Below, in pieces: positions 9,520 through 18,580 of a DNA stretch of 64,000 nt. A model generated the notes under the pieces. It saw only the letters and a list, made by a program, of their open reading frames with translations. It did not search any database and was not told the DNA's origin. The position numbers and the translations under genes are program-made. This DNA is from Alphaproteobacteria bacterium (GTDB lineage: Bacteria; Pseudomonadota; Alphaproteobacteria; SP197), in assembly GCA_964291265.2 (NCBI GenBank), contig OZ219747.1, positions 1,024,001 to 1,088,000 of the forward strand, given 5' to 3'. Within the stretch, counting starts at the first letter, position 1. Each line of letters begins with the position of its first letter.

Positions 9520-11634
9520 ATGACTACGCAAGGAACCGGACCTGACAACGCCATTCGCGGCGTGCGGCGGGCCACTCCCAACACGGTGGCGGCGGCGTGC
9601 GCCGGCGCCGGGTTCGACGGCCTCCCTGACGGCTCGACGAGATCCGATCTTCTGAGGGTCCTCCACCGCGGCGGGATGGCGTGCGGGCTCCTGAGGCACG
9701 AGATCGCCCGACTCGCCTACCTGGTGGGCCACACCCTGGAGATCGACTGGCAGGAAGGCGGGCGGCCCCTGGTCTGGGTGCCCGTCGGCCGCCAGGCCGA
9801 GGAACTGGGCCTGTCGCGGCGGCGCATCGCCCAGGTCGAGCGGGATCTCGCCGAAAAGGGCTGGATCTCGCACCGGGATGCCGTGGACCGCGGCCGGCGC
9901 GGATGCCGGGATCCTGTCACCGGCCACGTGAAGCAGGCCTTCGGCGTCGACCTGGCGCCGCTGGGCGTGCGTTTCACCGAACTTGCCGCCGCGGCGGACG
10001 CTGCCGCGGCGTTGCGTGAGCGGCGCGAGACCTTGCGGAGCGAGCTGTTGGCGTTGCGGATGGAGATACGCTGCCTCCAGGCTGCCCTGGGGCGGAAGGG
10101 GGAGGGCGACGGAGAGCCTGTCGTGGCGCCGCGGCTCATGACTGCGGAGGAGATGGCCGGGGCGGTGGAGCGTCTTCGAGACCGTCGCGACCGGCTCCGG
10201 GCCGAAGTCGCGGGCCCGCCGGACGACGGTGGCGGCGGAGGCGATCAGGGTGGCGGGGTGGAACACCCGGGCGTTGATGAATCTGCGACGGCGGAGGGAG
10301 AAGGCGATTCCGGGGGTGGCGTGCCGCCGGAGTCGTGCCGGGGAGAAGCCGCACGGCATCGTAGGAATCGTGCGGCGGCAGGGGAGGAACCTGTGGCCGG
10401 TGGCGGGGCGTTGCGGGCTGCCCCCGGGGGAGAAGCGGCCGCCTCGCCTATACTAATACAGATTCAAGACTCGGTAAACTTCGTTGGTAATCGGCCCGAG
10501 TCGTCCACAGGCGCGGCGGCGGCCCGGGCATCGGCGGTCCCGGTCGATGTCACGGCGGACACCGCCAGGGCCGATGATGGGCCGGGATGGGGTGCAGGGC
10601 CGGGACCGCGCCACGACCGCGATGCGGAGCGCCTCCTGGCTCTCGAGGCGGGCGATCCGGCATGGCGCGACCTGATGGACTCGGGCGCCCTTCGCCGGCT
10701 GCGGCTCGGGATTCGCCCCGATACCTGGGTGAGGGCCGTCGAGGCCATGGGGGCGAGGGCTGCTGCCGTCACGGTGGCCGTCATCGACATGCGCCGCCGC
10801 GAAGGCGTCTTCGCGGGCTCCCCGGACTACGTCCTGACGGTGTGCGGCGCCCGGGCCGTGCAGGATCACGGCGGTGGCGATGCGGACTGGCGCGCGGTGG
10901 CGCGGACGGCCATCGTCTGCATCGAGGATCTCTGGGAGTGCGCCGCCGGGGCCGGCGAGGAAGCGCCGGGACGGGATGATGCCGCGGGGCCGCGCCGCGA
11001 TGGCCGTGTGGAACGCCGGCGGCCTGGCCGGGGCGCTGGCGGCGGATCACCGCCCCTGGCGGCCCGCGGCGGCGGCAGGCGATGCCGTGACGCGGTGGGG
11101 GACTCCGCCGTCCGCGCCACCGGGCGCGTCATCCCTGACGCCGGGTCGGGCGAGGGGCCGGCAACGGGTGCCGGGTCGGGACCGATCCACGACTGCGGCG
11201 TCGAGCACCTGCAGCCTGGACGGGTGGCCAGCGTCGGGTCGCAGCGCCTCCAGGAACTCGCTGGCGGCGATCCGGGATGGCGCGACCTGGTCCAGGCGGC
11301 GACCGTTCGCCGCGGCGACCTCGGGATTCACCACGACACCTGGCGGACGGCCGTGCGGGTCATGGGCGCCAGGGCCGCTGCCGTCACGGTGGCCGTCATC
11401 GACGGACGGCGCCTGGACAGGGGAACCTTCGTGTGGTGCCCGGACCGCTTCCTGGCGGCGTGCGGCGCCCGGGCCGGGCGGGGCGAGCTCCACCTCCACC
11501 GGTCGGTGTGGGGCCTCGAGACGGCGCAGCGGTTCCGCGAGGCGTGGAACGTCTGGGACGAGGTCTCGGAGGCGGTCCAGGGCCGCCTGCTGCGCGGCGA
11601 GAGCCGGCAGCGGATCATGGCGGCGCCGGCATGA
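9520..11634 (+). CDS. repC: RepC-family plasmid replication initiator with a duplicated C-terminal domain
   Basis: N-terminal DWQEGGRPLVW..GRQAEELGLSRRRIAQVERDLAEKGWISHRD..AFGVDLAPL (RP-C type). Two copies of GDP.WRDL..A..RR..LGI..DTW..AV..MGARAAAVTVAVID. Confidence 0.8.
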   Translation: MTTQGTGPDNAIRGVRRATPNTVAAACAGAGFDGLPDGSTRSDLLRVLHRGGMACGLLRHEIARLAYLVGHTLEIDWQEGGRPLVWVPVGRQAEELGLSRRRIAQVERDLAEKGWISHRDAVDRGRRGCRDPVTGHVKQAFGVDLAPLGVRFTELAAAADAAAALRERRETLRSELLALRMEIRCLQAALGRKGEGDGEPVVAPRLMTAEEMAGAVERLRDRRDRLRAEVAGPPDDGGGGGDQGGGVEHPGVDESATAEGEGDSGGGVPPESCRGEAARHRRNRAAAGEEPVAGGGALRAAPGGEAAASPILIQIQDSVNFVGNRPESSTGAAAARASAVPVDVTADTARADDGPGWGAGPGPRHDRDAERLLALEAGDPAWRDLMDSGALRRLRLGIRPDTWVRAVEAMGARAAAVTVAVIDMRRREGVFAGSPDYVLTVCGARAVQDHGGGDADWRAVARTAIVCIEDLWECAAGAGEEAPGRDDAAGPRRDGRVERRRPGRGAGGGSPPLAARGGGRRCRDAVGDSAVRATGRVIPDAGSGEGPATGAGSGPIHDCGVEHLQPGRVASVGSQRLQELAGGDPGWRDLVQAATVRRGDLGIHHDTWRTAVRVMGARAAAVTVAVIDGRRLDRGTFVWCPDRFLAACGARAGRGELHLHRSVWGLETAQRFREAWNVWDEVSEAVQGRLLRGESRQRIMAAPA
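10279..10502. promoter_or_regulatory. Candidate replication origin inside repC
   Basis: Seven GANTC sites (10279, 10306, 10330, 10365, 10461, 10468, 10498) around an AT-rich patch (CCTATACTAATACAGATTCAAG). repC-type origins are known to lie in such an internal region. Confidence 0.55.
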
Positions 11635-11675
11635 CGGGCGGCGCGGCGGCGGTCTCCGTAGTGGGTCGCGAGCCC

Positions 11676-13274
11676 TCAGCCGTCCTGCCGGCGGAGTTCC
11701 TCGACGCCGAGCTCGTAGACGGCGGGCGGCGCCAGCGTCACCGTGACCTTGAGACGTCTGCGGCGGCTGCCCCGCCAAGCGACGGTGATGCGGTCGATGA
11801 CCTCCTGCAGCGGCCCGGGCGGCGGTGGATCGTCCGGGCGCAAGTCCTGGCCGGCGTGAACCCGGGCGGCGGAGGCGATGCGCGCATGGGCCGTCGCGGC
11901 GATCGCGTCCACCGGCGCCCCGGGCGCGAGGAGGGCGAGGGCGGCGCGGGTCGTGGCGATGCGGCTGGCCAGGGCCTCGATCTCGGCTTCCGGGATCGCG
12001 AGATCGCGGACTGCACGACTGGCGGCGCGGTGGTCCCGTGCCGTGTCCTGCAGCGCGGCGGCGGCTTCCGCCAGGGCGGCGACGGCCCGTTCGACGGCTG
12101 CGAGATCCTCGCTCAGGCGGCCGGCGCGGCGGTGGCGGTCCTCGGCCTCGGCCGAGGCGGCGGCGTGCACGGCCGCCGCGTTGCCGGGCGACGCCAGGCG
12201 GCGGGCCAGGGCCTCGATGACGGCGTCGCGGCGGAACATGCGGCGCTGCCTGCAGGTGCGCGTCGTCCGCCAGGTCTGGCAGACGAGGTAGCCCGAATGG
12301 GCCGTCGTCACCCGGGCGCCGCAGTCGCCGCACCAGAGCCTGCCCGAGGTGATGTAGCGGACGGCCTTGCTCACGGGCGCCGGGCTCCTCTGCGGCGGGC
12401 GGCCCGGGCGCTTCGTCTCGATGATCGCCTGGACCGCGTCCCACTGTTGCGCCGGGACGATCGCCAGTTCCGGGGCCTCGACGATCTGCCACTCGGATTC
12501 GGGTTGCGGGTGGCGCTCGGTGAGGCCCGTCACGGGGTTGCGCACGCTCTTGACACGGCCGAACACGATGCGGCCTCGGTAGATCGGGTTGCGCAGGATG
12601 CCGCGCCCGCGGGACGCCGTGCCGACGAGCGTGGAGGCGTGCCACCGGGACCCCGTGGCCGAGGGAATGCCGTCGGCGTTGAGGTCGCGCGCGACCAGGC
12701 GATACGGCCGGCCCGCCGCGACCTCGGCGAAGATTCGCCGAACGACGGCCGCCTCGGTCTCGTTGATCGTGCGCTGGCCGCCGCTCCCGGGGACCGCGGC
12801 GTAGCCGTACCGCCGGCTGCCCGGGATGCCGCCGCTGGCGACGGCGGCGCGCTGGCCGCGGCGGACCTTGTCGGAGAGGTCCTTGAGATAGAGCGCGTTC
12901 ATGGTCCCCTTGAGACCGATGTGGAGCTCATTGATGAGGCCTTCGGTGACGGACCACATCTGGACCCCATGGTAGCCGAGGCGCTTGTAGATCGTTGCCA
13001 CATCGGCCTGATCCCGGCTTATCCGCGACAGGTCCTCGATGAGCACGACCTCGAAGTCCCGGTACGCCGCCGCCTCGAGGAGCGCCATGATCGCCGGGCG
13101 TTCGAGCATGACGGCGCCGCTGATGCCCTCGTCGGCAAACTCCTCGACGACCGTGGCGTGGTGGCGGCGCGCGACCTCCCTGCATCGGTCGAGCTGGGCA
13201 GGGACAGAGCGGGCCTGCTCGTCCGTCGAGTGGCGCGCATAGAGGGCCACGCGCCTGTCGGCGATGTCGTGCAC
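11676..13274 (-). CDS. Large serine recombinase (resolvase + recombinase + Zn-ribbon + coiled coil); probable island integrase
   Basis: [11 protein letters not shown] (catalytic Ser), [37 protein letters not shown]; GTG start at 13274 after GGAG. Confidence 0.88.
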   Translation of the reverse strand: MHDIADRRVALYARHSTDEQARSVPAQLDRCREVARRHHATVVEEFADEGISGAVMLERPAIMALLEAAAYRDFEVVLIEDLSRISRDQADVATIYKRLGYHGVQMWSVTEGLINELHIGLKGTMNALYLKDLSDKVRRGQRAAVASGGIPGSRRYGYAAVPGSGGQRTINETEAAVVRRIFAEVAAGRPYRLVARDLNADGIPSATGSRWHASTLVGTASRGRGILRNPIYRGRIVFGRVKSVRNPVTGLTERHPQPESEWQIVEAPELAIVPAQQWDAVQAIIETKRPGRPPQRSPAPVSKAVRYITSGRLWCGDCGARVTTAHSGYLVCQTWRTTRTCRQRRMFRRDAVIEALARRLASPGNAAAVHAAASAEAEDRHRRAGRLSEDLAAVERAVAALAEAAAALQDTARDHRAASRAVRDLAIPEAEIEALASRIATTRAALALLAPGAPVDAIAATAHARIASAARVHAGQDLRPDDPPPPGPLQEVIDRITVAWRGSRRRRLKVTVTLAPPAVYELGVEELRRQDG

Positions 13275-13440
13275 GCTGCCCGTCGCTCCCCTGCAGTGGG
13301 GCCGGCGGCCGGGCTGGTCTCTGTGCGCCGGCAAGCCCCTCCATTGCGATTCCGCCCAAAGCTAGCCCAGGGCCGGGGCGGATGCGAGAGCACGCGCCGC
13401 AGGGTTCCCGTTTCCGCGGGCAGCAGGCGCCACGGTGCAG

Positions 13441-13487
13441 TTGCGCAATTGCGCAATTGCGCAATTGCGCAAATGCGCAACTCCACA
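13441..13487. repeat. (TTGCGCAA)4-ATGCGCAA-CTCCACA array; centromere/operator upstream of parA
   Basis: Tandem 8-bp palindromes immediately before the parA RBS (AAGGAGAGG). Confidence 0.85.
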
Positions 13488-13501
13488 ACAAGGAGAGGAT
13501 C

Positions 13502-14152
13502 ATGATCATCTCGTACCTGAACCAGAAGGGCGGGGTCGGCAAGACCACGCTGGCCGTCCACACGGCGACGGCGCTCGCCCTCGACGGTCTCGACGTCATC
13601 CTCGTCGATGCCGACCCCCAGGGCTCGGCGCTCGACTGGCTGGCGGCGCGTCAGGCGCCGCCGCTCTTTGCCGTGGTCGGCATGCCCCGGGCGATGCTGC
13701 ACCGCCAGGTGCCGCGGATCGCCGCCGGCGTGGACGCGGTGGTCATCGACGGACCGCCGTCCCTGGCGGACATCGCGCGCTCGGCGATGCTGGCCTCCGA
13801 CCTGGTGGCGATACCCGTGCAGCCCTCGCCCTACGACGTCTGGGCGGCAGGTGGCCTCCTCGACCTCGTCGACGAGGCCCGGGTGGTCCGCGAGGACCTC
13901 GCTGTCCGCTTCGTCGTCAGCCGCCGGATCGCCAACACGGTGATCGGGCGCGACGTCACGGAGGCCTTGAGCGCATGGCCGGTGCCCGTCCTCGCGAGCC
14001 AGATCACCCAGCGCGTCGCCTTTGCCGAGAGCGCCGCCAGCGGTCTCTCGGTCCTCGAGAGCGCGCCGGCCAGCGCGGCGGCGGCGGAGGTGGTCTCGCT
14101 CGTCGGCGAGATCGCGGGGCTGACGCTCCAGGCCGGGAGGGCCGCGGCATGA
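13502..14152 (+). CDS. parA: ParA partition ATPase (short, type Ib)
   Basis: [10 protein letters not shown] deviant Walker [26 protein letters not shown]. Confidence 0.93.
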   Translation: MIISYLNQKGGVGKTTLAVHTATALALDGLDVILVDADPQGSALDWLAARQAPPLFAVVGMPRAMLHRQVPRIAAGVDAVVIDGPPSLADIARSAMLASDLVAIPVQPSPYDVWAAGGLLDLVDEARVVREDLAVRFVVSRRIANTVIGRDVTEALSAWPVPVLASQITQRVAFAESAASGLSVLESAPASAAAAEVVSLVGEIAGLTLQAGRAAA

Positions 14153-14376
14153 CGAGGAAGATCGTCACCATCGATCTGCGTCCGCGGGCGCGCCAGGAGT
14201 CCCCGGACGGCGAGGGCATGGAGACCTGGGTGCACGGGCGCCGGGCGGCGTGTGTGCGGTTCACCGTCGAACTCGATGCGGATCTCCACCGCCGGCTGCG
14301 CCTGGCCGCGGCGCGCCAGGGGCGGCGCATGGCCGACATCGTGCGCGAGCTGATCGACGGGGCCTGCCCGGAATGA
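14149..14376 (+). CDS. ParG-like ribbon-helix-helix partner
   Basis: 75 aa, ATGA overlap with parA; [33 protein letters not shown]. Confidence 0.8.
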   Translation: MTRKIVTIDLRPRARQESPDGEGMETWVHGRRAACVRFTVELDADLHRRLRLAAARQGRRMADIVRELIDGACPE

Positions 14377-14399
14377 CCGGCGGGCTCGGCATGACTGGC

Positions 14400-14438
14400 T
14401 TGCGCAATTGCGCAATTGCGCAAATGCGCAACTCCACA
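14400..14438. repeat. (TTGCGCAA)3-ATGCGCAA-CTCCACA array downstream of parG and upstream of nrdJ
   Basis: Same array as 13441-13487 with one unit fewer. Confidence 0.85.
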
Positions 14439-14494
14439 TGGTCGCACGTTCGGGCGTGCGCCCTTTCACCCATTCGCCATTCCGGGAGGTTTCC

Positions 14495-16840
14495 ATGAGT
14501 GATCAGATCGTCACCCTGGCGCCGGCGCCGATCTCGAAGCAGATCTGGCACATGAAGTACCGCTACGGCGGCAAGGAGGACGGGCGGGGCCGCGACGCCG
14601 ACATCCCGGCGACCTGGCGGCGCGTGGCGCGGTCTCTCGCTGCGGTCGAGGACGATGCCCTGCGCCCGGAGATCGAGGCCCGGTTCCGCGAGGCCCTGGA
14701 GGGCTTCCGCTTCCTCCCCGCCGGGCGCATCGTCGCCGGGGCCGGGACCGAGCGGAACGTCACGCTCTTCAACTGTTTCGTCATGGGGACGATCCCCGAC
14801 GACATGTCCGGGATCTTCGAGAACCTGAAGGAGGCGGCGCTCACCATGCAGGCGGGCGGCGGGATCGGCTACGACTTCTCGACCCTGCGGCCCAAGGGCG
14901 CGCCCGTGAAGGGCGTCGGCGCCGACGCCTCGGGGCCGCTCCCCTTCATGGACTGCTGGGACTCCATGTGCCGCACCATCATGAGCGCCGGGTCCAGGCG
15001 CGGCGCGATGATGGCGACCATGCGCTGCGATCATCCCGACATCGAGGCCTTCATCGACGCCAAGCAGGAGGCCGGGCGGCTGCGCATGTTCAACCTCTCG
15101 GTGCTCGTCAGCGACGCCTTCATGGCCGCGGTCGAGGCGGACGATGCCTGGGACCTCGTCTTCGACGGGGTGGTGCACGGCACGCGGCGCGCCCGCGAAC
15201 TGTGGGACCGCATCATGCGCTCGACCCATGCCTGCGCCGAGCCGGGCGTCATCTTCATCGACCGCATCAACCGGCGGAACAACCTCCACTACTGCGAGAC
15301 CATCTCCGCCACCAACCCGTGCGGCGAACAGCCCCTGCCGCCTTACGGCGCCTGCCTCCTGGGATCCATCAACCTGACCCGCTTCATCGTCGATCCCTTT
15401 GCCGAGAGTGCGCGGTTCGACGAGGCGGGGTTCGACCGCACCGTCGAGGCGGCGGTGCGGATGATGGACAACGTCGTCGACGTGTCGCGGTTTCCGCTCG
15501 AGGAGCAGCGCCGGGAGGCTCTGGCCAAGAGGCGCATCGGCCTCGGCGTCACCGGCCTGGCCGACGCTCTCATCATGATGCGGGCGACCTACGGCGACGA
15601 ACGCTCGCTCGCGCTCGCCGGCGCCTGGCTGGCCCGCCTGCGGCGCCAGGCCTACCTGGCGTCGATCCGTCTCGCCCGGGAGAAGGGTCCGTTCCCGCTC
15701 TGGGATGCCGAGGCCTGGTGTTCCGGGGAGAGCGTCGCCGAACTCGACGACGACGTGCGCGAGGCGGCACGGACGGACGGCATCCGCAACGCGCTGCTGA
15801 CGTCGATCGCCCCGACCGGAACCATCTCGCTCTTCGCCAACAACATCTCGTCGGGCCTCGAGCCGGTCTTCGCCTTCTCCTACACCCGCCACGTGCTGAT
15901 GCCCGACGGCGCCAGGCGGAGCGAGGAGGTGACCGACTACGCCGTGCGCCTGTGGCGCCACCTGCGCGGGGAGGAGGCGCCCCTGCCGGACTGGTTCGTC
16001 GGCGCCGAGGACCTGCGCCCGGCCGATCACGTGGCCATGCAGGCCGTGGTCCAGAGGTACATCGACAGCTCGATCTCCAAGACCATCAACGTGCCCGAGG
16101 ACATTCCCTTCTCTGCCTTCAGGGACGTCTACCTCGAGGCCTGGCGGCTGGGATGCAAGGGCTGCACCACCTACCGGCCCAACGACGTCACCGGGGCGGT
16201 GCTCGAGACCGGGGCGAAGGAGGCGGCGGCGCCGGAGCTGCCGCTGGGCGAGGCGCCCGCGACAACGCCGTCCGATCCGCTGGAGACCGGCGGCGTCATC
16301 CACCTCACAAGGCCCCTCGACCGGCCCGAGGCGCTGCCCGGGGCGACCTACAAGCTGAGGTGGCCGGAGAGCGATCACGCGATCTACGTCACGGTCAACG
16401 ACGTGGTCCGGGACGGGCGCAGGGCGCCCTTCGAGGTCTTCGTCAACTCGAAGAACATGGACCACTACGCCTGGACGCTGGGCCTCACGCGGATGATCTC
16501 GGCCGTCTTCCGCCGCGGCGGCGACGTGAGTTTCGTGGTCGAGGAGCTGAAGGCCGTGTTCGATCCGCGGGGCGGCGCCTGGATGAACGGGCGCTACGTG
16601 CCCTCGCTGCTGGCGGCGCTGGGCAGCGTCCTCGAGGAGCACATGCGCATGATCGGCTTCATTCCGGCCGACGAGGCGGCGCTCGCCCTGGCCGGTGGCG
16701 GCGAGGGCGGGAGAGCGGCGGCGATCCTGCCCGGGCCGGCGATGAGGCCGCGGGCCTGCCCGCGGTGCGGCCTGGCGGCGCTCATTCCCCAGGAGGGCTG
16801 CGAGATGTGCACCTCGTGCGGCTACTCGAAGTGCGCGTGA
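14495..16840 (+). CDS. nrdJ: Adenosylcobalamin-dependent (class II) ribonucleoside-diphosphate reductase
   Basis: FLPAGRI, TLFNCFV, GGGIGYDFS, RRGAMM, EPGVIFID, ATNPCGEQP, IAPTGTIS, DSSISKTINV, KGCTTYR; C-terminal TSCPD-like domain and CPRC..GCEMCTSCGYSKC. Confidence 0.93.
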   Translation: MSDQIVTLAPAPISKQIWHMKYRYGGKEDGRGRDADIPATWRRVARSLAAVEDDALRPEIEARFREALEGFRFLPAGRIVAGAGTERNVTLFNCFVMGTIPDDMSGIFENLKEAALTMQAGGGIGYDFSTLRPKGAPVKGVGADASGPLPFMDCWDSMCRTIMSAGSRRGAMMATMRCDHPDIEAFIDAKQEAGRLRMFNLSVLVSDAFMAAVEADDAWDLVFDGVVHGTRRARELWDRIMRSTHACAEPGVIFIDRINRRNNLHYCETISATNPCGEQPLPPYGACLLGSINLTRFIVDPFAESARFDEAGFDRTVEAAVRMMDNVVDVSRFPLEEQRREALAKRRIGLGVTGLADALIMMRATYGDERSLALAGAWLARLRRQAYLASIRLAREKGPFPLWDAEAWCSGESVAELDDDVREAARTDGIRNALLTSIAPTGTISLFANNISSGLEPVFAFSYTRHVLMPDGARRSEEVTDYAVRLWRHLRGEEAPLPDWFVGAEDLRPADHVAMQAVVQRYIDSSISKTINVPEDIPFSAFRDVYLEAWRLGCKGCTTYRPNDVTGAVLETGAKEAAAPELPLGEAPATTPSDPLETGGVIHLTRPLDRPEALPGATYKLRWPESDHAIYVTVNDVVRDGRRAPFEVFVNSKNMDHYAWTLGLTRMISAVFRRGGDVSFVVEELKAVFDPRGGAWMNGRYVPSLLAALGSVLEEHMRMIGFIPADEAALALAGGGEGGRAAAILPGPAMRPRACPRCGLAALIPQEGCEMCTSCGYSKCA

Positions 16841-16847
16841 GGCGGCG

Positions 16848-17504
16848 ATGACGGCACGGAACGGAAAGGACGGCACCCTGTCAGCGGAAGGGGAAGATCG
16901 GCTGCGGCGGGAACTTCGGCATGACATCGAACATGGCCAGTCCGGCGAGGGCTGCGACGGCGATGCCGATGTTGCGCAGACCGTGGGCTGCCAGGACACT
17001 CCACTCCCCAATGCTCATTATCTTGCAGGCTCCGCGTTCCTGACCCTGGTGGCGATGCTCTGGTTCGTGCTCGCAGCGGTGGCGATGTCCGCACGATCAT
17101 CGTTGTCGGCAACCTATCTTGCCTGGGGCGCGGCGGGCTACGTGGCGCCCTTCGCTTTCGGTTTCCTCATGGGCCGTCGGGATGCGGGGCGGTGCGGGCC
17201 GGGATGTATGCCCTGGGTGTTCATGGAAAGCCGGATGGCTGTCCTTCTGGTCGTCAGCGGGTTCATGGTCCATGGCGCCATGGCGGGCGGCGCGGCGGTG
17301 CGGGAGGTGTGGGAACCGCCGTTGCTGTGGGCGCCGGCGATCCTCTGGCCGGTGATCGTCGTGGGCGGAGCGCTCGAGGGGATCGTGCTCGGCGGGATTG
17401 CCGGCGCCCTCCCCCGGCGCGCCCTCTGGCACGCTCTTCGCTGCGTCGTTTCCCGTGGGCGGCGGGCGGCTGCCGTGAGGACGCAGCGGAGAACCGGGCC
17501 ATGA
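16848..17504 (+). CDS. Hypothetical multi-pass membrane protein (paralogue 1)
   Basis: About four hydrophobic segments; shares SAFL.L..M.W, ESRM.VLL, WEPPLLWAPA and LP.R..WHALR with the next gene. Confidence 0.65.
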   Translation: MTARNGKDGTLSAEGEDRLRRELRHDIEHGQSGEGCDGDADVAQTVGCQDTPLPNAHYLAGSAFLTLVAMLWFVLAAVAMSARSSLSATYLAWGAAGYVAPFAFGFLMGRRDAGRCGPGCMPWVFMESRMAVLLVVSGFMVHGAMAGGAAVREVWEPPLLWAPAILWPVIVVGGALEGIVLGGIAGALPRRALWHALRCVVSRGRRAAAVRTQRRTGP

Positions 17505-18040
17505 TCCGCCGCGTCCGCGGTCAGGCTCCGGACGCCGGCGAGGGCGGTCAGGTCCCCGATACTCACGAGCTCGAATGCTCCGCGTTCCTGTCGCTGTTCA
17601 CCATGGCCTGGCTCGTGCTCTTCACGGCCGCGATGTCCGATCAGCTTCCCGCCGCTGTATACCTTGCCGGCGGCGGGGTGGGCTACGTGCTTCTCTTCGC
17701 TCTCGGGTTCCTGCTGTGCCGTGACGATCCGGCGGCGGAGAGGGAGCGGCCCGTGCACGTCGCGGGCATCGAAAGTCGGATGACGGTCCTGCTGATCGTG
17801 TTCGCGTTCCTGTTCCACGCCCTCTTCGGCGGCGGGGACCCGCGGGCGGGTTGGGAGCCGCCGCTGTTGTGGGCGCCGGCGCTGCTTCTTGTCGCGTTCG
17901 TCGTCGGCGCAGCGATCGACGGGGCCTTGCTGGGCGTGATTGCCCAGGGCCTCCCCCAGCGGACGCCCTGGCACGCGCTCCGATTCATCGTGTCGGAGCG
18001 GCGGCGGGCGGCGAGGAAGCAGCGGGAGGCCGGCCCGTGA
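17501..18040 (+). CDS. Hypothetical multi-pass membrane protein (paralogue 2)
   Basis: ATGA overlap with the previous gene; same motifs. Confidence 0.65.
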   Translation: MIRRVRGQAPDAGEGGQVPDTHELECSAFLSLFTMAWLVLFTAAMSDQLPAAVYLAGGGVGYVLLFALGFLLCRDDPAAERERPVHVAGIESRMTVLLIVFAFLFHALFGGGDPRAGWEPPLLWAPALLLVAFVVGAAIDGALLGVIAQGLPQRTPWHALRFIVSERRRAARKQREAGP

Positions 18041-18546
18041 GGCGCCTTGCCGGCCTGGCCATCGCCGCGGTCCTGGCGGCCGTCCCGCCGGCGTCCGGTG
18101 ACGACGCCTTGCCGGCGGCGCGCGAGTTCAGCGTCACCGAGGCGCCGTCGGGCCAGGTGGTCCGGGGCTTCGCTCTCGAGGCCGGCGGCGAGGCCCACGC
18201 CCACTACCGGATCGGCATGGCGGTGGTGTGCCAGCCGTCGACGGGCGAGATCGCGGCGCACCTCTTCTTCGGTCCCTTCCCCGCCGCGCGGGCCGTGCAG
18301 ACGATGGTGTGGAGCGCCGACGGCGGCGTCAGCCGCTTCGGCGCCGCGGCCATCAGCGACCACGGCGCGCTCTCGGGCTTCCACTCGCCGATCCTGACCG
18401 ACCGCGCCGAGGTCGCCGCCTTCGTGGCGGCGGCCTTCGCGCCGGGCGCCGTGATCGGCAACGGGCACGTCGCCTTCCGGAACCTGGTTCCGGCAACCGA
18501 GAACGAGGAGGCGGCATCCGCTCTCCTCGATTGCGCCGGCCCCTGA
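18037..18546 (+). CDS. Hypothetical exported protein
   Basis: GTGA overlap; signal peptide MRRLAGLAIAAVLAAVPPASG; two Cys. Confidence 0.6.
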   Translation: MRRLAGLAIAAVLAAVPPASGDDALPAAREFSVTEAPSGQVVRGFALEAGGEAHAHYRIGMAVVCQPSTGEIAAHLFFGPFPAARAVQTMVWSADGGVSRFGAAAISDHGALSGFHSPILTDRAEVAAFVAAAFAPGAVIGNGHVAFRNLVPATENEEAASALLDCAGP

Positions 18547-18580
18547 CGCCGGCGTCCGAACCACCACAGGAGCAACACCC

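Noticed and set aside
13441-14438. TTGCGCAA arrays as a CRISPR array
   Set aside because: 8-bp units are contiguous with no spacers; the position flanking parA/parG fits centromere/operator sites.
14495-16840. Intein or intron in nrdJ
   Set aside because: Length and motif spacing are normal; no inserted LAGLIDADG or C...HN segment seen.
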